Assembly: GCA_902614905.1 (NCBI GenBank)
Contig: CACMMN010000001.1
Location: 32,827-96,826, forward strand
DNA length: 64,000 nt
Reading direction: 5' to 3'
DNA from: an uncultured Pelagibacteraceae bacterium
GTDB lineage: Bacteria > Pseudomonadota > Alphaproteobacteria > Pelagibacterales > Pelagibacteraceae
The translations under genes and the position numbers were made by a program. Below, one piece after another: positions 11,043 through 22,441 of the stretch; the stretch's first letter is position 1; each line of letters begins with the position of its first letter. A model generated the notes under the pieces. It did no database searches. It saw only the letters and a program-made list of their open reading frames with translations, and was not told the DNA's origin.

Positions 11043-11402
11043 ATGTTGACATTATTAAAGCAAACTTTCACGTGGTGGAATCATCAAACCTTAGGGACAA
11101 GAATTTACACCTTATTTTTTGGGAAGTTTAAGGGTAAAGATTATTTTGGAAATAAATATTATCAAAATAAATCTGGAAAAAGATGGGTTATTTACAATGG
11201 AGAAGTGGATGCAACAAAAATACCAAGTGAATGGTATTCTTGGATTCACTATTTAAATAACAAAATTGAGAATGTTCAAGAATTAAAAAAATTTAGCTGG
11301 CAGAAAAAAAATATTCCTAATCAAACTGGTACATCAAAAGCTTTTCATCCAAATAAAAATGATAAAAATGTATATAAAAAATACAAATCTTGGAAAGAAT
11401 AA
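11043..11402 (+). CDS. NADH:ubiquinone oxidoreductase NDUFA12-family protein
   Basis: FTWWN, GKDYFGNKYY, RWVIYNG, IPSEWYSWIH, NQTGT. Confidence 0.9.
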   Translation: MLTLLKQTFTWWNHQTLGTRIYTLFFGKFKGKDYFGNKYYQNKSGKRWVIYNGEVDATKIPSEWYSWIHYLNNKIENVQELKKFSWQKKNIPNQTGTSKAFHPNKNDKNVYKKYKSWKE

Positions 11403-11772
11403 ATTTTTATATTTAATTTTAATTATAATTATAAATTTTCTTACAATATTTGCATATTCTGAGGACGAGATTTATTTTGGTAAAAAGGTAGATGTGCAAA
11501 TTTTAGATAAGCTAAGTTCAAAAAATAAATTGATAAAAATCAATATTGGTGAAGAATTTATTTTTAAGAATTTAGTTCTCAAAGTATTAAAATGTAAAAA
11601 TTCAAAATTTGATGATAATCCTGAAATAACCTCATATTTACAGGTAAAAGATATCAATAATCAAAATAATAATGAGGTGTTTGTATTTAATGGATGGACC
11701 TTTTCCTCAAGTCCTTCAATACAGGTTTTCGACCATCCTGTATATGATCTATGGATATTGAAATGCTATTAA
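11359..11772 (+). CDS. DUF2155 family exported protein
   Basis: LDK, FNGWTFSSSP and FDHPVYDLWILKC motifs; start uncertain. Confidence 0.85.
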   Translation: MIKMYIKNTNLGKNKFLYLILIIIINFLTIFAYSEDEIYFGKKVDVQILDKLSSKNKLIKINIGEEFIFKNLVLKVLKCKNSKFDDNPEITSYLQVKDINNQNNNEVFVFNGWTFSSSPSIQVFDHPVYDLWILKCY

Positions 11773-13106
11773 ATTATTTTATCTTTATCAAGCCATGTTA
11801 CATTGAAGTCAGAATTTAAAAATTTTTCGTGTTTAAGTAGTTTTTTATGTAATTCAATAGTTGTGGTTATGCCTTCAATTACGAACTCATCTAAGGATCT
11901 CAAGGTTCTTTGTATAGCTTCAGTTCTATTTCTACCATGACATATAAGTTTACATATCATACTATCATAATAAGGTGTTACCTTGTATCCTTGGTAAATT
12001 GAACCATCAACTCTTGTTCTAAATCCAGATGGTTGGTGACACATTCCAATTAATCCAGGCGAGGGTTGAAAACCTTTGCTTGGATCTTCTGCGTTTATTC
12101 TACATTCAATAGCATGTCCTCTTGGATTAATATCAGATTGCTTTAAAGCAGTGTTTTCGGAGTGAGCTATCCATATTTGTTCTTTAACAATATCAATTCC
12201 TGTAACCATTTCTGATACTGGATGCTCAACTTGTACTCTAGTGTTCATTTCTAAAAAATAAAACTTTCCATTTTCATATATGTATTCTACTGTACCAGCA
12301 CCTTCATACCCAATTTTTGAAACCATATTTACAGTTTTTTCAAATAAGTCTTTTCTTAAATTATCATCCAAAACTGGACTGGGTGTTTCCTCAATCAACT
12401 TTTGGTGCCGTCTTTGAATTGAACAATCTCTCTCATGTAAATGAACAGTTCTGTTTTTACCAGATAAAACTTGCACTTCTATATGTCTTGGATTTTCAAA
12501 AAACTTTTCAATATAAACCTCATCATTTGCAAAAAATTTCTTTGCCTCTGATTTTGCTGTTAAAAATAAATCATCAAATTCTTTTTCAGATTTGACTACT
12601 TTCATACCTTTGCCACCACCCCCTCCAGCAGCTTTTATTAAGATTGGGTAACCAATTTTTTTTGCAATATTTTTTCCCATTTCTAAACTTGATACACCAC
12701 CTTCAGATCCCTCAATAACAGGTATTCCATATTTCTTTGCAGTGTTTTTTGCTTCAATTTTATCCCCCATCATTTTAATTATTTCAGGAGAAGGACCGAT
12801 AAATTTAATGTTATTGTCCCTTAACATTTTAGCAAAATTATAATTTTCCGATAAAAAACCATAGCCAGGATGAACTGCATCTGCATTTGTAACTTCAATA
12901 GCAGATAATATAGATGGAATATTGAGGTAACTATCAATTGGTTGTCTTGAACCAACGCAAAGGCTTTCATCAGCCAATTTGACGTGCATACTCTCTTTAT
13001 CTACATCTGAATGTATTGCAACAGTTTGAATACCCCATTCTTTACAAGCCCGAATTATCCTTACAGCTATCTCGCCTCTATTTGCTATAAGAATTTTTTT
13101 AAACAT
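11769..13106 (-). CDS. accC: Acetyl-CoA carboxylase biotin carboxylase subunit
   Basis: ANRGEIA, HPGYGFLSEN, GGGGKGM, EMNTRVQVEH. Confidence 0.98.
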   Translation of the reverse strand: MFKKILIANRGEIAVRIIRACKEWGIQTVAIHSDVDKESMHVKLADESLCVGSRQPIDSYLNIPSILSAIEVTNADAVHPGYGFLSENYNFAKMLRDNNIKFIGPSPEIIKMMGDKIEAKNTAKKYGIPVIEGSEGGVSSLEMGKNIAKKIGYPILIKAAGGGGGKGMKVVKSEKEFDDLFLTAKSEAKKFFANDEVYIEKFFENPRHIEVQVLSGKNRTVHLHERDCSIQRRHQKLIEETPSPVLDDNLRKDLFEKTVNMVSKIGYEGAGTVEYIYENGKFYFLEMNTRVQVEHPVSEMVTGIDIVKEQIWIAHSENTALKQSDINPRGHAIECRINAEDPSKGFQPSPGLIGMCHQPSGFRTRVDGSIYQGYKVTPYYDSMICKLICHGRNRTEAIQRTLRSLDEFVIEGITTTIELHKKLLKHEKFLNSDFNVTWLDKDKII

Positions 13107-13523
13107 TTACTCGAGTATTACAAGAGTTTGACCAAATTCAACAGGCTGACCGTCGTCAACTGCAATTTCTTTCACTACTCCATCCTTAGATGATGGAACA
13201 TGATTCATAGTTTTCATTGCTTCTACTATCATAACGGTATCTCCTTTTTTGATTTTTTTACCAATTTCAACAAACTTTTTTCCACCCGGTTCAGGTGCTA
13301 AATATGCGGTCCCAATAATTGGAGATTTAATTTCAGTCCCAGAAATAATTTTTTTCTCTTTAACTTCATTAGTATTTTGTACTACTTGTATTTTGCTATT
13401 ATCGTTTATTGAATTTCTTGAGACTTTTATTTTAATATCTTTTTCAGAGTACTCTAATTCTGATAGTTTATTTTCTTCTAAGCAGCTTACTAATTCTTTA
13501 ATTAATTTTTTATTTATTTTCAT
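13107..13523 (-). CDS. accB: Acetyl-CoA carboxylase biotin carboxyl carrier protein
   Basis: EAMKTMN biotinylation motif; upstream of accC. Confidence 0.97.
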   Translation of the reverse strand: MKINKKLIKELVSCLEENKLSELEYSEKDIKIKVSRNSINDNSKIQVVQNTNEVKEKKIISGTEIKSPIIGTAYLAPEPGGKKFVEIGKKIKKGDTVMIVEAMKTMNHVPSSKDGVVKEIAVDDGQPVEFGQTLVILE

Positions 13524-13965
13524 TTAATAACATTTTATGCATTGCTATTATGGCCAAAATATAACCATAGCTACCTAAACCAAATATACCTCCATTTACA
13601 ACATCACTTATCAATGATTTTTTTCTAAATTCTTCTCTATTATATATGTTAGATATATGTAATTCTATTTTTGGTTTATTAAATATTTGAAGCGCATCTC
13701 TAATTGCAATAGAAGTATGAGTGAATCCTGCTGCATTAATTATAATACCGTTTTGTTTAGCTTTAGCTTCTTGTATCCATGTGACTATTTCACCCTCAAT
13801 ATTAGACTGCACAAATTCAAGTTTAATATCTAATTCATTAGATTTTTTAATACACAAGTCTTTTAACTGTTTATAGGTAACTGTACCATATTGTGATTGT
13901 TCTCTTTCACCTAATAGATTAAGATTTGGACCGTTAATAAAAAGTAATTTAATACTCATAAACAA
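13510..13965 (-). CDS. aroQ: Type II 3-dehydroquinate dehydratase
   Basis: NGPNLNLLGERE, QSNIEG, HTSIAIRDA, ELHISN. Confidence 0.97.
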   Translation of the reverse strand: MFMSIKLLFINGPNLNLLGEREQSQYGTVTYKQLKDLCIKKSNELDIKLEFVQSNIEGEIVTWIQEAKAKQNGIIINAAGFTHTSIAIRDALQIFNKPKIELHISNIYNREEFRKKSLISDVVNGGIFGLGSYGYILAIIAMHKMLLNENK

Positions 13966-13971
13966 TACATA

Positions 13972-14190
13972 ATGAAAAAAGTCAAAAAAATCAAAATTAA
14001 TTTAAATGGAAAACCTCTTTTTTTGCCTAAAGGGACCTCTGTATACAAAGTTATCAAAAAAAATAAATTACACCTTAATAAAATTGCTGTTGAATTAAAT
14101 AAAGAAATTATTAATAAAAAAAAAATTAATAAAATTTTACTTAAAAATAATGATAAAATAGAGATAGTACACTTTATAGGTGGGGGGTAA
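13972..14190 (+). CDS. thiS: Sulfur carrier protein ThiS
   Basis: Ubiquitin-like protein ending [10 protein letters not shown]; coupled to thiG. Confidence 0.95.
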   Translation: MKKVKKIKINLNGKPLFLPKGTSVYKVIKKNKLHLNKIAVELNKEIINKKKINKILLKNNDKIEIVHFIGGG

Positions 14191-14963
14191 TGAAAAAAGA
14201 TACTTTTAAGATATCTTCAAAAAGGTTTAAGTCAAGATTAATAGTTGGAACAGGAAAATACAAAAACTTTTTAGAATGCTCAAAAGCTGTAAGGGCATCA
14301 GGTGCTGATATAGTTACAGTTGCTGTGAGGAGAGTGAACATATCAGATAAAAAAAAACCTGTGTTAATGGATTATATTGATCCAAAAAAAATAACCTATC
14401 TTCCAAATACAGCAGGTTGTTTTTCTTCAGTTGAAGCTTTAAGAACTCTAAGATTAGCAAGAGAAATTGGAGGCTGGAAATTAGTTAAACTTGAGGTATT
14501 AGGAGATAAAAGAAGCTTGTTACCTGACATGATTGAAACTTTAAAGTCAACAGAGGTATTATCTAAAGAAGGATTTAGAGTTATGGTTTATTGCAATGAT
14601 GATCCATTGATGGCAAAGAGATTAGAAAATGTTGGTGCTGTGGCGATAATGCCTTTAGCTGCACCGATTGGTTCTGGGTTAGGTATACAAAATTATACAA
14701 ATATAAAAATTATAAGAAACCAAACTAAACTTCCGATTATTATTGATGCAGGCATAGGAGAGGCTTCTGATGCTACAATCGCCATGGAGCTTGGATGCGA
14801 TGGTGTATTAGTAAACACAGCAATCGCACAGGCAAAAAAACCACTAGAAATGGCAATTGCCATGAAATATGCAGTTATTGCTGGGAGAAAATCTTACTTA
14901 TCCGGGAGAATAAAGAAAAGCTTAATGGGTTTTGCTTCAACCTCAAAAAAAGGGATTATTTAG
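14190..14963 (+). CDS. thiG: Thiazole synthase
   Basis: [36 protein letters not shown]. Confidence 0.97.
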   Translation: MKKDTFKISSKRFKSRLIVGTGKYKNFLECSKAVRASGADIVTVAVRRVNISDKKKPVLMDYIDPKKITYLPNTAGCFSSVEALRTLRLAREIGGWKLVKLEVLGDKRSLLPDMIETLKSTEVLSKEGFRVMVYCNDDPLMAKRLENVGAVAIMPLAAPIGSGLGIQNYTNIKIIRNQTKLPIIIDAGIGEASDATIAMELGCDGVLVNTAIAQAKKPLEMAIAMKYAVIAGRKSYLSGRIKKSLMGFASTSKKGII

Positions 14964-16725
14964 TTTTTCCTCTTTTATAGTGTTTTCTTTTTTTGAAATT
15001 TTTTTTATTAAACTTAATAACATTATTTGTCTTATTTTTGTTATTAGGTATGATTTTTTTAATTTCTATCTTGTGTTCTACTTTTTCCAAAATTTTTTTA
15101 CTTTTGTTCTCAAATGATATTTCATATTCTGGCACTAAAAATATCTTATCTCCTAAGAGATTAATCTTTATCTTATATTTTTTTTCTAAATATTTAAGAT
15201 CCTTATGAAAATTTTCTGATACAAAACTTTTAATTTTTTCTGGCATATTTGCGTTTACTATTTTTGCTTTAGAATTAATTGCCTTAACTTCTATTAATTT
15301 TATTATTTTCTGTGCAAATGATTGATTTGTTAAAGAAATATTCCATTGAATGCTGCTTTCCCTTAATCTTTGTCTAGACATCTCTAATAAACCAAAGTTG
15401 CTGATTCTACCAATTTGAACTCTTGCTCTATCTTTTCTACATCTTTCCTTTAGTTTTCTCTCAACACTCTTTCTATTTCCAAAGTTCATCATATCAATAA
15501 AATCAATTATAATTAGACCAGACAAATCCCTAATTTTAATTTGTCTGGCTATTTCTTCCGCAGCTTCTAAATTTGTATCTAAGGCAGTGCTTTCAACATT
15601 TTTTTGTTTAATTGATTTACCTGAATTTATATCAATAGATACCAATGCCTCAGTAGGATTTATTACTAAATAACCACCTGAATTAAGTTTTACTTGAGTA
15701 TCATAAATTTCATTTAGTTTATCCTCTATTTTCTCTTTAATAAACAGAGGTTGTTTGTCTCTATATTTTTTTATTTTTTTAACACTCTTAGGCATCAAAA
15801 TTTTCATAAAATTTTTTGCTTTTTGATAACCTTCATTACCTTCAATTATTATATTTTTAGTTTCATCATCATAAATATCTCTTAGGGTACGTTTTATTAT
15901 ATCACTTTCTTGGTGTACTAATGATGGAGCTATAGAATTCATAGCTGTATCTTTAATTTTATTCCAACTATCTATCAAACTAGATAAGTCATGTTCAATA
16001 TCATTTTTTGTTTTATTTGAACCTGCTGTTCTTACAATTAAGCCCATTTCTTTTGGTATGTTAATTTCATTTAGTATAGATCTAATTTTTTTTCTCTCCC
16101 CAAAATTAAAAATTTTTCTAGATATTCCACCTCCCTTGGGTGTATTTGGCATTAAAACAATATACTTGCCTGCAATCGATATAAATGTAGTCAGCGCAGC
16201 TCCCTTTAAACCTCTTTCATCCTTAAGGACTTGAACTAATATTACTTGATTAGGTTTTATAACTTCTTGGATTTTATATCTTTTAGATGGAATTTTTGAT
16301 CTATTGTAATCAGTTATATTTTGATTTTCGATTTCTGTTGTTTTTTCTTTATTATTTTCGTTACTTTCATTTGAGGAAGTCTCATTTTCTTTTATTGATA
16401 TATCATCTTCCTCACTTTTCTTAGCTAACTCTTCTCTTAATTTTTCCTCTTCTTTTTTAATAACATCTAAGTCACTTAATGGAATTTGATAATAATCTGA
16501 TTGAATATCATTAAATGATAAAAATCCATGCCTTTCTCGACCAAAGTCTATAAAAGCTGCCTGAAGAGAAGGTTCTACTCTACTAACTTTTCCTAAATAA
16601 ATATTGTTTTTAATTAGGTTATTTTTTACGGTCTCGTACTCGTAATCTTCAATATTGCCATTTTCTTTAAGTACAACTCTTGTCTCATCTGGATGCGATG
16701 CATCGATGTATAAATTCTTTTCCAT
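14956..16725 (-). CDS. rne: Ribonuclease E/G family, compact form
   Basis: [18 protein letters not shown] (S1 domain), [29 protein letters not shown]. Confidence 0.93.
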   Translation of the reverse strand: MEKNLYIDASHPDETRVVLKENGNIEDYEYETVKNNLIKNNIYLGKVSRVEPSLQAAFIDFGRERHGFLSFNDIQSDYYQIPLSDLDVIKKEEEKLREELAKKSEEDDISIKENETSSNESNENNKEKTTEIENQNITDYNRSKIPSKRYKIQEVIKPNQVILVQVLKDERGLKGAALTTFISIAGKYIVLMPNTPKGGGISRKIFNFGERKKIRSILNEINIPKEMGLIVRTAGSNKTKNDIEHDLSSLIDSWNKIKDTAMNSIAPSLVHQESDIIKRTLRDIYDDETKNIIIEGNEGYQKAKNFMKILMPKSVKKIKKYRDKQPLFIKEKIEDKLNEIYDTQVKLNSGGYLVINPTEALVSIDINSGKSIKQKNVESTALDTNLEAAEEIARQIKIRDLSGLIIIDFIDMMNFGNRKSVERKLKERCRKDRARVQIGRISNFGLLEMSRQRLRESSIQWNISLTNQSFAQKIIKLIEVKAINSKAKIVNANMPEKIKSFVSENFHKDLKYLEKKYKIKINLLGDKIFLVPEYEISFENKSKKILEKVEHKIEIKKIIPNNKNKTNNVIKFNKKNFKKRKHYKRGKTK

Positions 16726-16806
16726 AATATTTTTGTTGATTTAATCATTTTTTTTTAAATTCTGATGCCATAACTTTAACAAATTCATTAATTAAATTAA
16801 ACTAAA

Positions 16807-19149
16807 ATGAATACTCTATTTAAAAAAATCTTAATTTCATTCAGTTCTGCAGTTTTGTTAGTTTTTTTTATATTAGTATCTATATTGTGGGCTTTTTCGA
16901 ATAATTTACCTGATTATAAATATTTGAAAAATTATAAAGCACCTGTTTCAAGCAAAATTTACTCTGGAAGTGGAGAATTAATACAAGATTTTTCATCCGA
17001 AAAGCGAATATTTATTCCTTATAATTCCATACCTAAAATCGTAATTAATTCATTCTTGTCTGCTGAAGATAAAAATTTTTTTACTCATCCAGGTATAGAT
17101 GCAAAAGGTGTATTAAGAGCAATATTCAAAAATATTTCAAATATTTTGAATTCCAAAAGACTTGAGGGAGCGTCTACAATTACTCAGCAAGTTGCTAAAA
17201 ATTTTCTTCTTACTAACGAAGTAAGTTTACAAAGAAAATTAAAAGAGGCTATCTTAGCCTTTAGGATTGAGAGGAGTTTATCAAAAGAAAGAATATTAGA
17301 ACTTTATTTAAATCAAATATATTTAGGCCAAGGTTCTTATGGAATTGCTGCTGCAAGCTTAGAATATTTTGACAAATCTGTTGATGAATTAAATTATGAA
17401 GAGGCAGCACTGCTCGCAGCATTGCCTAAGGCGCCAAGTAGATATAATCCTTATAAGGATAAAAAAATTGCCAAATTTAGAAGAGATTTAGTTTTGAAAA
17501 ACTTACAAGAAAATAAGTATATTAATGAAAAAAAATTTAATGATTTGAAAAGTAAAAACATTATTTTGAAAAAAAGAAAAAAAATATTTTTAGAGGACTC
17601 AAGGTATTATGTTGAAGAAGTTAGAAAAGACATTATTGAGCAGCTTGGATACAACAAAGTTTATAAGGAGGGCCTTAATATTAAAACACCTTTAAATTTA
17701 AGATTGCAGGAAATAGCTTCAAGCGCGCTAAGAAATGGAATTGAAGATTACGATAAGAGAAAAGGATGGAGAGGACCAATACAAAACATAGATCTTTCAA
17801 ATCAAAATTGGAAAAACTCAATTAAAAATGATCTTGAAAAAAAAATTGGGTGGGAAATCGCTAAAGTTTTAAAAATAGATTACTCCGGAGTCGAAATTGA
17901 AACAGAAAATAATAAAGTTGGAAAAATCAATCAAAATAGTATTGATTGGATCAAGCCTAAGGAAAATGGAAAAAAATTTAAAATTGGTGATTTGATATAT
18001 GTAAAGCAAACGAATGATTCTTTTTATGATGTAAAACAAATACCATCAGTAAACGGAGCTATAGTAGTTATGGATCCATATACTGGTAGAGTTCTAGCTT
18101 TGAGTGGGGGTTTTAGCTTTAAAAAAAGTGAATTTAATAGAGCAACTCAGGCGTTGAGACAACCAGGTTCTGCATTTAAACCATTTATATATGCTTTAGC
18201 ATTAGAAAATGGATATTCTCCCTCTACTTTGATTTTAGATGCTCCCTTAGTTTTAAAACAAGGAACTGATCTTAAAATGTGGAAACCAGAAAATTATGGT
18301 AAAAAATTTTATGGTCGATTAACTCTTAGAGAGGGTCTTGAAAAATCAAGAAATTTAATGACTGTAAGAATTTCTCAAGATTTAGGATTAAATAAAATAA
18401 TTAATTTATCTAAAAAGTTGGGTATATATGAAAATCCTAATGAGATACTTTCAATCTCTTTGGGATCAGCAGAGACAACACTATTAAAACTAACATCTGC
18501 TTATTGTTCCTTTGTAAATGGTGGCAAACTCGTAAATCCAAAACTAATAGATCGTATACAAGATGGTGAAGGTAATACAATATTTAAAACAGAGGATAGA
18601 TATTGTGAAAATTGCAAAAATATATCTTTTTTAAGTGATGAAGTTCCAATGATAAAAGATAACTTTAAACAGATTTTTTCAGCTCAAACTGCTTATCAAA
18701 TAACATCAATTTTAGAAGGTGCCTCGAAAAGGGGTACTGCAAAAAAATTAAAAGATCTAAATTTAGATATTGCTGGCAAAACTGGCACAACTAATAAAAA
18801 TACTGACACTTGGTTTATAGGATTTACATCTGACTTAGTAGTTGGGGTATATGTTGGTTATGATGAGCCCAGAACATTAGGAAAATTTGAAACCGGTGCA
18901 AAAACTGCTATGCCAATATTTAAATCTTTCATAAAGAAAGCTGTAAAAAAAGAAAATACAAGACCATTTAAAATCCCAGAAAATATTACTTTGATGGTAG
19001 TTGATTCTAAAACTGGAAAAAAAGTCAACTTTGCATCAAAACAAACAATAATTGAGTCCTTCAAAACAGAAAAAATTGAACAAAACTTGGACGTTAATTT
19101 AAAAAATAACAATAGATTTAATAATAATAATATATTAAAATTTTATTAA
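16807..19149 (+). CDS. mrcA: Penicillin-binding protein 1A (bifunctional transglycosylase/transpeptidase)
   Basis: AEDKNFF, GASTITQQVAKN, RKLKE; transpeptidase motifs SAFK, SRN, KTGT. Confidence 0.95.
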   Translation: MNTLFKKILISFSSAVLLVFFILVSILWAFSNNLPDYKYLKNYKAPVSSKIYSGSGELIQDFSSEKRIFIPYNSIPKIVINSFLSAEDKNFFTHPGIDAKGVLRAIFKNISNILNSKRLEGASTITQQVAKNFLLTNEVSLQRKLKEAILAFRIERSLSKERILELYLNQIYLGQGSYGIAAASLEYFDKSVDELNYEEAALLAALPKAPSRYNPYKDKKIAKFRRDLVLKNLQENKYINEKKFNDLKSKNIILKKRKKIFLEDSRYYVEEVRKDIIEQLGYNKVYKEGLNIKTPLNLRLQEIASSALRNGIEDYDKRKGWRGPIQNIDLSNQNWKNSIKNDLEKKIGWEIAKVLKIDYSGVEIETENNKVGKINQNSIDWIKPKENGKKFKIGDLIYVKQTNDSFYDVKQIPSVNGAIVVMDPYTGRVLALSGGFSFKKSEFNRATQALRQPGSAFKPFIYALALENGYSPSTLILDAPLVLKQGTDLKMWKPENYGKKFYGRLTLREGLEKSRNLMTVRISQDLGLNKIINLSKKLGIYENPNEILSISLGSAETTLLKLTSAYCSFVNGGKLVNPKLIDRIQDGEGNTIFKTEDRYCENCKNISFLSDEVPMIKDNFKQIFSAQTAYQITSILEGASKRGTAKKLKDLNLDIAGKTGTTNKNTDTWFIGFTSDLVVGVYVGYDEPRTLGKFETGAKTAMPIFKSFIKKAVKKENTRPFKIPENITLMVVDSKTGKKVNFASKQTIIESFKTEKIEQNLDVNLKNNNRFNNNNILKFY

Positions 19150-20247
19150 TGAGCGATCTTTTCTTAAATAATTTAAATTCAATAAAAAAAATTAATCAAA
19201 GAATCAAGGAGTATCTTTGAGAAAAATAATATTAAATTAAAAATAGATAAACTTCAGAGTCTAATTCTTAAAGAAAATTTCTGGAAAGATCAAAATAATG
19301 CCCAAAAAGTTTTAAAAGAAAAAAAAAAATTAGATGATCTTTTAAATTCATTTGAAAACTCTGTTAAGGAAAGTAATGAATTGAATGAATTTTTTAAATT
19401 AGCTTCAGAAGAAAATAACTCTAAACTTATCCAAGAAATTATAAAGAATATAGAGTCATTAAAGATTCAAGTTAAAAAAAACGAAATTAAATGTTTTTTA
19501 TCAAAAGAAAGTGACAGCAATGATTGTTTTGTAGAAATACATGCTGGTGCAGGTGGTACAGAAAGTCAAGATTGGGCAGACATGCTTAGAAGAATGTATA
19601 TGAAATGGTCAAACAATCGTGAATTTAAAAATAATATTATTAGTGAACATAAAGGAGAGGAAGCTGGAATAAAATCAACTACTATTAAAATAAATGGTGA
19701 TTATGCTTTTGGTTGGTTAAAAAATGAATCTGGAATTCATCGTTTAGTAAGAATTTCCCCATTTGATTCTGGTGCAAGAAGACATACAAGTTTTGCAAGT
19801 GTATGGGTTTATCCAGTAGTTGATGATAGTATTGATGTTGACATTCAAGACAAAGATTTAAGAGTAGATACATATCGATCTAGTGGAGCTGGAGGTCAAC
19901 ACGTTAACACAACAGATAGCGCTGTAAGAATTACACATATTCCAACAAAAATAGTAGTGCAATGTCAAAATGATAGATCACAACATAAAAATAAAGAAAC
20001 ATGCATGCAAATGCTAAAAGCAAGATTATACAATCATGAACTTGAAAAAAGGGAAAAGGAGAGCACAGATGAAAAAGATCAAAAAAAAGATATTGGATGG
20101 GGTCACCAAATTAGATCTTACGTTTTACATCCATATAGGTTAGTAAAAGACAATAGATCAAATTTTGAGACAAGCGATCCAGACAAAGTTTTAAATGGGG
20201 ATATAGATAGTTTTTTAGAAAGCTCTCTATTCAATTTAAATGGTTAA
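19149..20247 (+). CDS. prfB: Peptide chain release factor 2, expressed through a programmed +1 frameshift (join 19149..19217, 19219..20247)
   Basis: ORF from ATG 19149 ends TAT CTT TGA; the +1 frame continues open into the track ORF at 19381; SPF and GGQ motifs. Confidence 0.96.
19207..19221 (+). promoter_or_regulatory. prfB +1 frameshift cassette: internal SD AGGAG, TAT, CTT TGA G
   Basis: Sequence AGGAG TAT CTT TGA G; spacing matches the established RF2 cassette. Confidence 0.93.
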
Positions 20248-22441
20248 AAGATTTATACAAATAACATTATTTTTAATATTACTTTTTATAATTTTTTTGA
20301 CGTATTTAAGTACTTACGGTGTTAGCACTGATAAATTTAACAAACTTATTAGTGAAAAAATTTCCGAAAGAGATAAATATTTAGAGATAGACCTTAACGA
20401 AATAAAAATTTTTCTAAACATAAACAATTTCAATTTTGAATTAAAAACTAATAACCCAAAAGTTTTTTTTAAGAATAAAGAAATTAAAATCAAAAGTATA
20501 AGCACCGATCTGCCATTAAAGAATTTAATTTTACAAAAGATGAATTTAGAGGAGGTAAAAATTTTAACTCATAAAAATAAGATACAAAATTTAATTGAAG
20601 TAATTAGAGCTTATAAAAATAATCCACAATTATTTATTTTAAATAAAATCATAAAAGATGGATTTATAGAAATAGAGAGCAAAATAAATTTTAACGAAGA
20701 TGGTAGTATCAAAAATAATTATTTAGTTGATGGTAATATTGAAAATTTAAAAATAGAATTATTAAATAATGATATAATTGAAAATGTAAATTTGAGTTTT
20801 TTAATTAGAGAAAATAATTATTTGATTTATAATTTATCGTCTTTTTATAAAACAGTTAAGATAAAGTCTAATCAAATAAAAATTATCAACAATGGTAATA
20901 GCTATAATTTTGAAGGTGATATTTCAAATCAAAAAAGTAAACTAAATTTAAGCAAACTTCCCGATATTTTTAATAAAAATATAAGAAATATTTTTAAAGA
21001 AGATTTGACTATTTACTCTAACAATAAATTTAATTTTAGTTTAAATAAAAAAATCAAATTTTCTGACATAAATATTCAATCAAAAATAACATTGGAAGAG
21101 TTAAAATATTCAAATGATATATTTAAACAATTTTTCCCTGGATATAAAAAAGATATAAGATTTGAGAATAACTCTATCACTATTGATTATAACAACGGAG
21201 ATTACCAAATAAATGGTAAATCTAAAATAAATATAAATGGCGATATTGATGATGCCAACTATTCTTTAAAAAAAATAAAAAATGATTTTTTTTATAACTG
21301 TAATTTAGAATTAATTAATTCCGCAGTAAATTTTAAGATTTTAAACTATACAAAGAATAAAGACGATAAAAGCTCATTAGAATTAAAGGGAAAATATTCA
21401 ACCTCTAAAAAAATAGATTTAGAAAAAATAAGATTTATTCATGACAAAAATTTAATAGATATTGACAATATTAAAATTAATTCAAATAAAAAGATTAAGA
21501 GTATAGACAATATAAAAGTTAGCGTTTTTAATAATAATGATAAACTAAGCAAATTAAATATTAAAAAGGATAAAAAAAATTATTTAATAAAAAGCAAAAT
21601 CTTTGATGGAACCAAGCTAGTAGATGAAATTTTATTTTCAAAAGAGGAAAGTAATTTTTTAAATTTTTTTGATAATTTAAATAGTACTTTATTAATTAAA
21701 ATTGATACAGCCTATTTAGGTAAAGAAGATTATCTCACATCCTTAAACACAAAAATAAATATAATAAATAATCAAATTTTTGATTTAAATTTATCATCTA
21801 AATTTTCTAATAATGAGGAGCTTAAAGTCTCTATTAAAACAAACCAAAATAAAGAAAAGATTACCACTGTTTTTACGAATTATGCTAAACCATTAGTAAA
21901 AAAATACAAATTTATAAAAGGTTTTGATGGAGGTGCGCTAGACTTTTATTCCGTTTCAAAAGATAAAAAAATTAATTCAAATTTAAAATTGTATGATTTT
22001 AAATTAAATGAAGTACCTGCCCTTACTAAATTATTAACTTTAGCCTCATTACAGGGAATTGCAGATTTATTAACAGGCGAAGGAATAAGATTTAATGAAT
22101 TTGAAATGAAGTTCAATAAAGACAAAGGATTAATGACAATTGAGGAAATTTATTCTCTCGGACCCTCAATCTCAGTTTTAATGGATGGTTATGTACAAAA
22201 AGATGGGTTAATAAGTTTAAGAGGAACTTTAGTTCCGGCTACCACAATAAATAAGGCGATAGGCTCAATACCTTTGTTGGGGGATATATTAGTTGGAAAA
22301 AAGGTAGGTGAAGGAGTTTTCGGAGTAAGTTTTAAAGTTAAAGGATATCCGAAGGATTTAAAAACTAGTGTTAATCCAATCAAAACTTTAACACCACGAT
22401 TTATCACTAGAACTTTAGAAAAGTTAAAAAAAACTAATTAG
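20240..22441 (+). CDS. AsmA-like/YhdP-family intermembrane protein
   Basis: N-terminal TM anchor; C-terminal GTLVPATTIN..IGSIPLLGDILVG...GVFGVSF...VNP motif. Confidence 0.8.
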   Translation: MVKRFIQITLFLILLFIIFLTYLSTYGVSTDKFNKLISEKISERDKYLEIDLNEIKIFLNINNFNFELKTNNPKVFFKNKEIKIKSISTDLPLKNLILQKMNLEEVKILTHKNKIQNLIEVIRAYKNNPQLFILNKIIKDGFIEIESKINFNEDGSIKNNYLVDGNIENLKIELLNNDIIENVNLSFLIRENNYLIYNLSSFYKTVKIKSNQIKIINNGNSYNFEGDISNQKSKLNLSKLPDIFNKNIRNIFKEDLTIYSNNKFNFSLNKKIKFSDINIQSKITLEELKYSNDIFKQFFPGYKKDIRFENNSITIDYNNGDYQINGKSKININGDIDDANYSLKKIKNDFFYNCNLELINSAVNFKILNYTKNKDDKSSLELKGKYSTSKKIDLEKIRFIHDKNLIDIDNIKINSNKKIKSIDNIKVSVFNNNDKLSKLNIKKDKKNYLIKSKIFDGTKLVDEILFSKEESNFLNFFDNLNSTLLIKIDTAYLGKEDYLTSLNTKINIINNQIFDLNLSSKFSNNEELKVSIKTNQNKEKITTVFTNYAKPLVKKYKFIKGFDGGALDFYSVSKDKKINSNLKLYDFKLNEVPALTKLLTLASLQGIADLLTGEGIRFNEFEMKFNKDKGLMTIEEIYSLGPSISVLMDGYVQKDGLISLRGTLVPATTINKAIGSIPLLGDILVGKKVGEGVFGVSFKVKGYPKDLKTSVNPIKTLTPRFITRTLEKLKKTN

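Noticed and set aside
19149-19380. prfB as a pseudogene or truncated gene
   Set aside because: The internal stop is the programmed frameshift site
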